Positions 63,179 to 64,000 of a stretch of DNA of 64,000 bases are shown piece after piece. Positions within the stretch are counted from its first letter, which is position 1, and every line of letters starts with the position of its first letter. The position numbers were made by a program, and so were the translations under genes. Under the pieces are notes generated by a model. It was given only the letters and a program-made list of their open reading frames with translations. It ran no database searches and was not told the DNA's origin. The DNA comes from an uncultured Acidobacteriota bacterium (GTDB lineage Bacteria > Acidobacteriota > Terriglobia > Acidiferrales > UBA7541): the NCBI GenBank assembly GCA_963742475.1, contig CAVULY010000008.1, positions 274,828-338,827 on the forward strand, given 5' to 3'.

Positions 63179-63207
63179 CGTAGCGGCGCACTTCAGTGCG
63201 CCATCGT
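63179..63207 (+). repeat. GTAG-headed hairpin, 29 nt, identical to 61869-61897
   Basis: Same 29-mer in the same orientation, 1310 nt downstream of the first copy. Confidence 0.85.
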
Positions 63208-63367
63208 CGTCCTGAACCCGCTTCAGCGGGTGAAGCCTGCCCGCCGCAGGCAGGGATCTCTTCGTTTTGCGCCAAGTCCGCTTATCATGATTCGCTCTGG
63301 GAACCTTGACCCAAACCTCCGAGCTGCGAAGTTTGCAGGTGCCTATCGCGGTGATACGGAGAGAACT

Positions 63368-64000
63368 CTATATGAAGACGATCGGATTGCCTTCGTTCTC
63401 GGCGGTTCGAATGAGCTCTTTCAAGGAATCTACAAACTGTCGCAATTCTGCTGACTGCTCGACAGCGCTGCCAAGCGACCCGATTTCGGCTGAAAGCGTC
63501 GGCATGGAATCCAGGAGAATGGCGTCACCGCTGTGGGCTCCAGAAAAGAGAATCTTCCGCAGTGTAACGCTTTCTGGCGTGATAAATTGCGCCACCTCTT
63601 CTCTCAGCGCACTTATCTCAGCTATTTTGCCGATCCGGTATTCGGCGGCGTGAATTTGGTTTCGGTATTTTCTCGAGACCTCGTCGTTCTCAAAATAGAC
63701 TTCTCCAGTTGCGGGAATCACTCGGCCCGCATTTTCGTCATCCCCCAATTTGAGATGTTTTTTATTTCGGTAAACGACAGCGTTTAATCCCACGAAAATC
63801 CTCACACGGTTAGCTCGTCGGGCACTCATCATTCCCGGCGTCGACGAAGCTGGGAGTCCCGCTCACGCGCTGATTTCCGTCATCGGCCGAACATCGCGGT
63901 TGATCTTCTCCTCCGCCTCCTGCCGCGAAACCGCCAATTCATAATGCGCCTGCAGATTCATCCAGAATTCCGGAGTAGTCCGAAAAAACCGCCCCAACCG
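63368..64000 (-). CDS. Partial ORF: HigA/XRE-type HTH tail continuous with a ~170-aa unknown, lower-GC region
   Basis: The minus-strand frame is open from the window edge: RLGRFFRTTPEFWMNLQAHYELAVSRQEAEEKIKPR... (HigA-antitoxin-like C-terminus). With no stop it runs into MMSARRANRVRIFVGLN...NEGNPIVFI* (ORF 63368-63832). It may be one fused protein or two genes. Confidence 0.5.

Overview
High-GC bacterial chromosomal segment (by eye about 60-65% GC, not computed) with about 55 protein-coding genes. I recognised no rRNA, tRNA, CRISPR array, transposase or prophage. Gene content and the style of the intergenic repeats suggest an Acidobacteriota-like organism; this is inference only.

The window is mostly housekeeping:
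- DNA repair and signalling: ada, a PilZ protein.
- Nucleotide and RNA metabolism: acyP, apt, rlmB.
- Isoprenoid block: a yacL-like gene, ispD and ispF.
- alr and dnaB, then a ribosomal/translation block: rplI, rpsR, rpsF, pth, rplY, prs, ispE.
- A large TPR protein, purH, selA, larB and an M16 peptidase pair.
- A futalosine-type menaquinone block: ubiX-like, ubiA-like and an mqnE/C-like radical SAM gene.
- A PAS hybrid histidine kinase, xerC-like recombinase, an RDD protein and lptD.
- A three-gene membrane-lipid head-group module.
- A ccdA / tlpA-like / cyaY / DsbD-N redox cluster, and gltX.
- An 1146-aa membrane protein with 3 GAF, GGDEF and HD-GYP domains.
- OsmC, a secreted CYTH-like protein, fabH, an ~800-aa Ig-like lipoprotein and UDP-xylose synthase.
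- A HigA-like ORF that runs off the right edge.

Four things stand out:
1. Ten reading-frame breaks lie in nine conserved genes, including ispE and gltX. This looks more like indel error than decay, with selA (two breaks) a possible exception.
2. Intergenic repeats are dense. They include GTAG-headed hairpins (REP-like), short tandem 7-12 nt motifs at gene ends, and a 181-bp composite unit that is tandemly duplicated. A diverged copy of that unit sits on the other side of a two-gene lipoprotein module.
3. A coupled CDP-alcohol phosphatidyltransferase / HAD-IB / Aur1-like PAP2 operon may make a phospho-alcohol lipid. The inositol-type assignment is speculative.
4. Two small low-GC islets are present.

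I found no recognisable defence or mobile system. None of the findings amounts to strong evidence for a new system.
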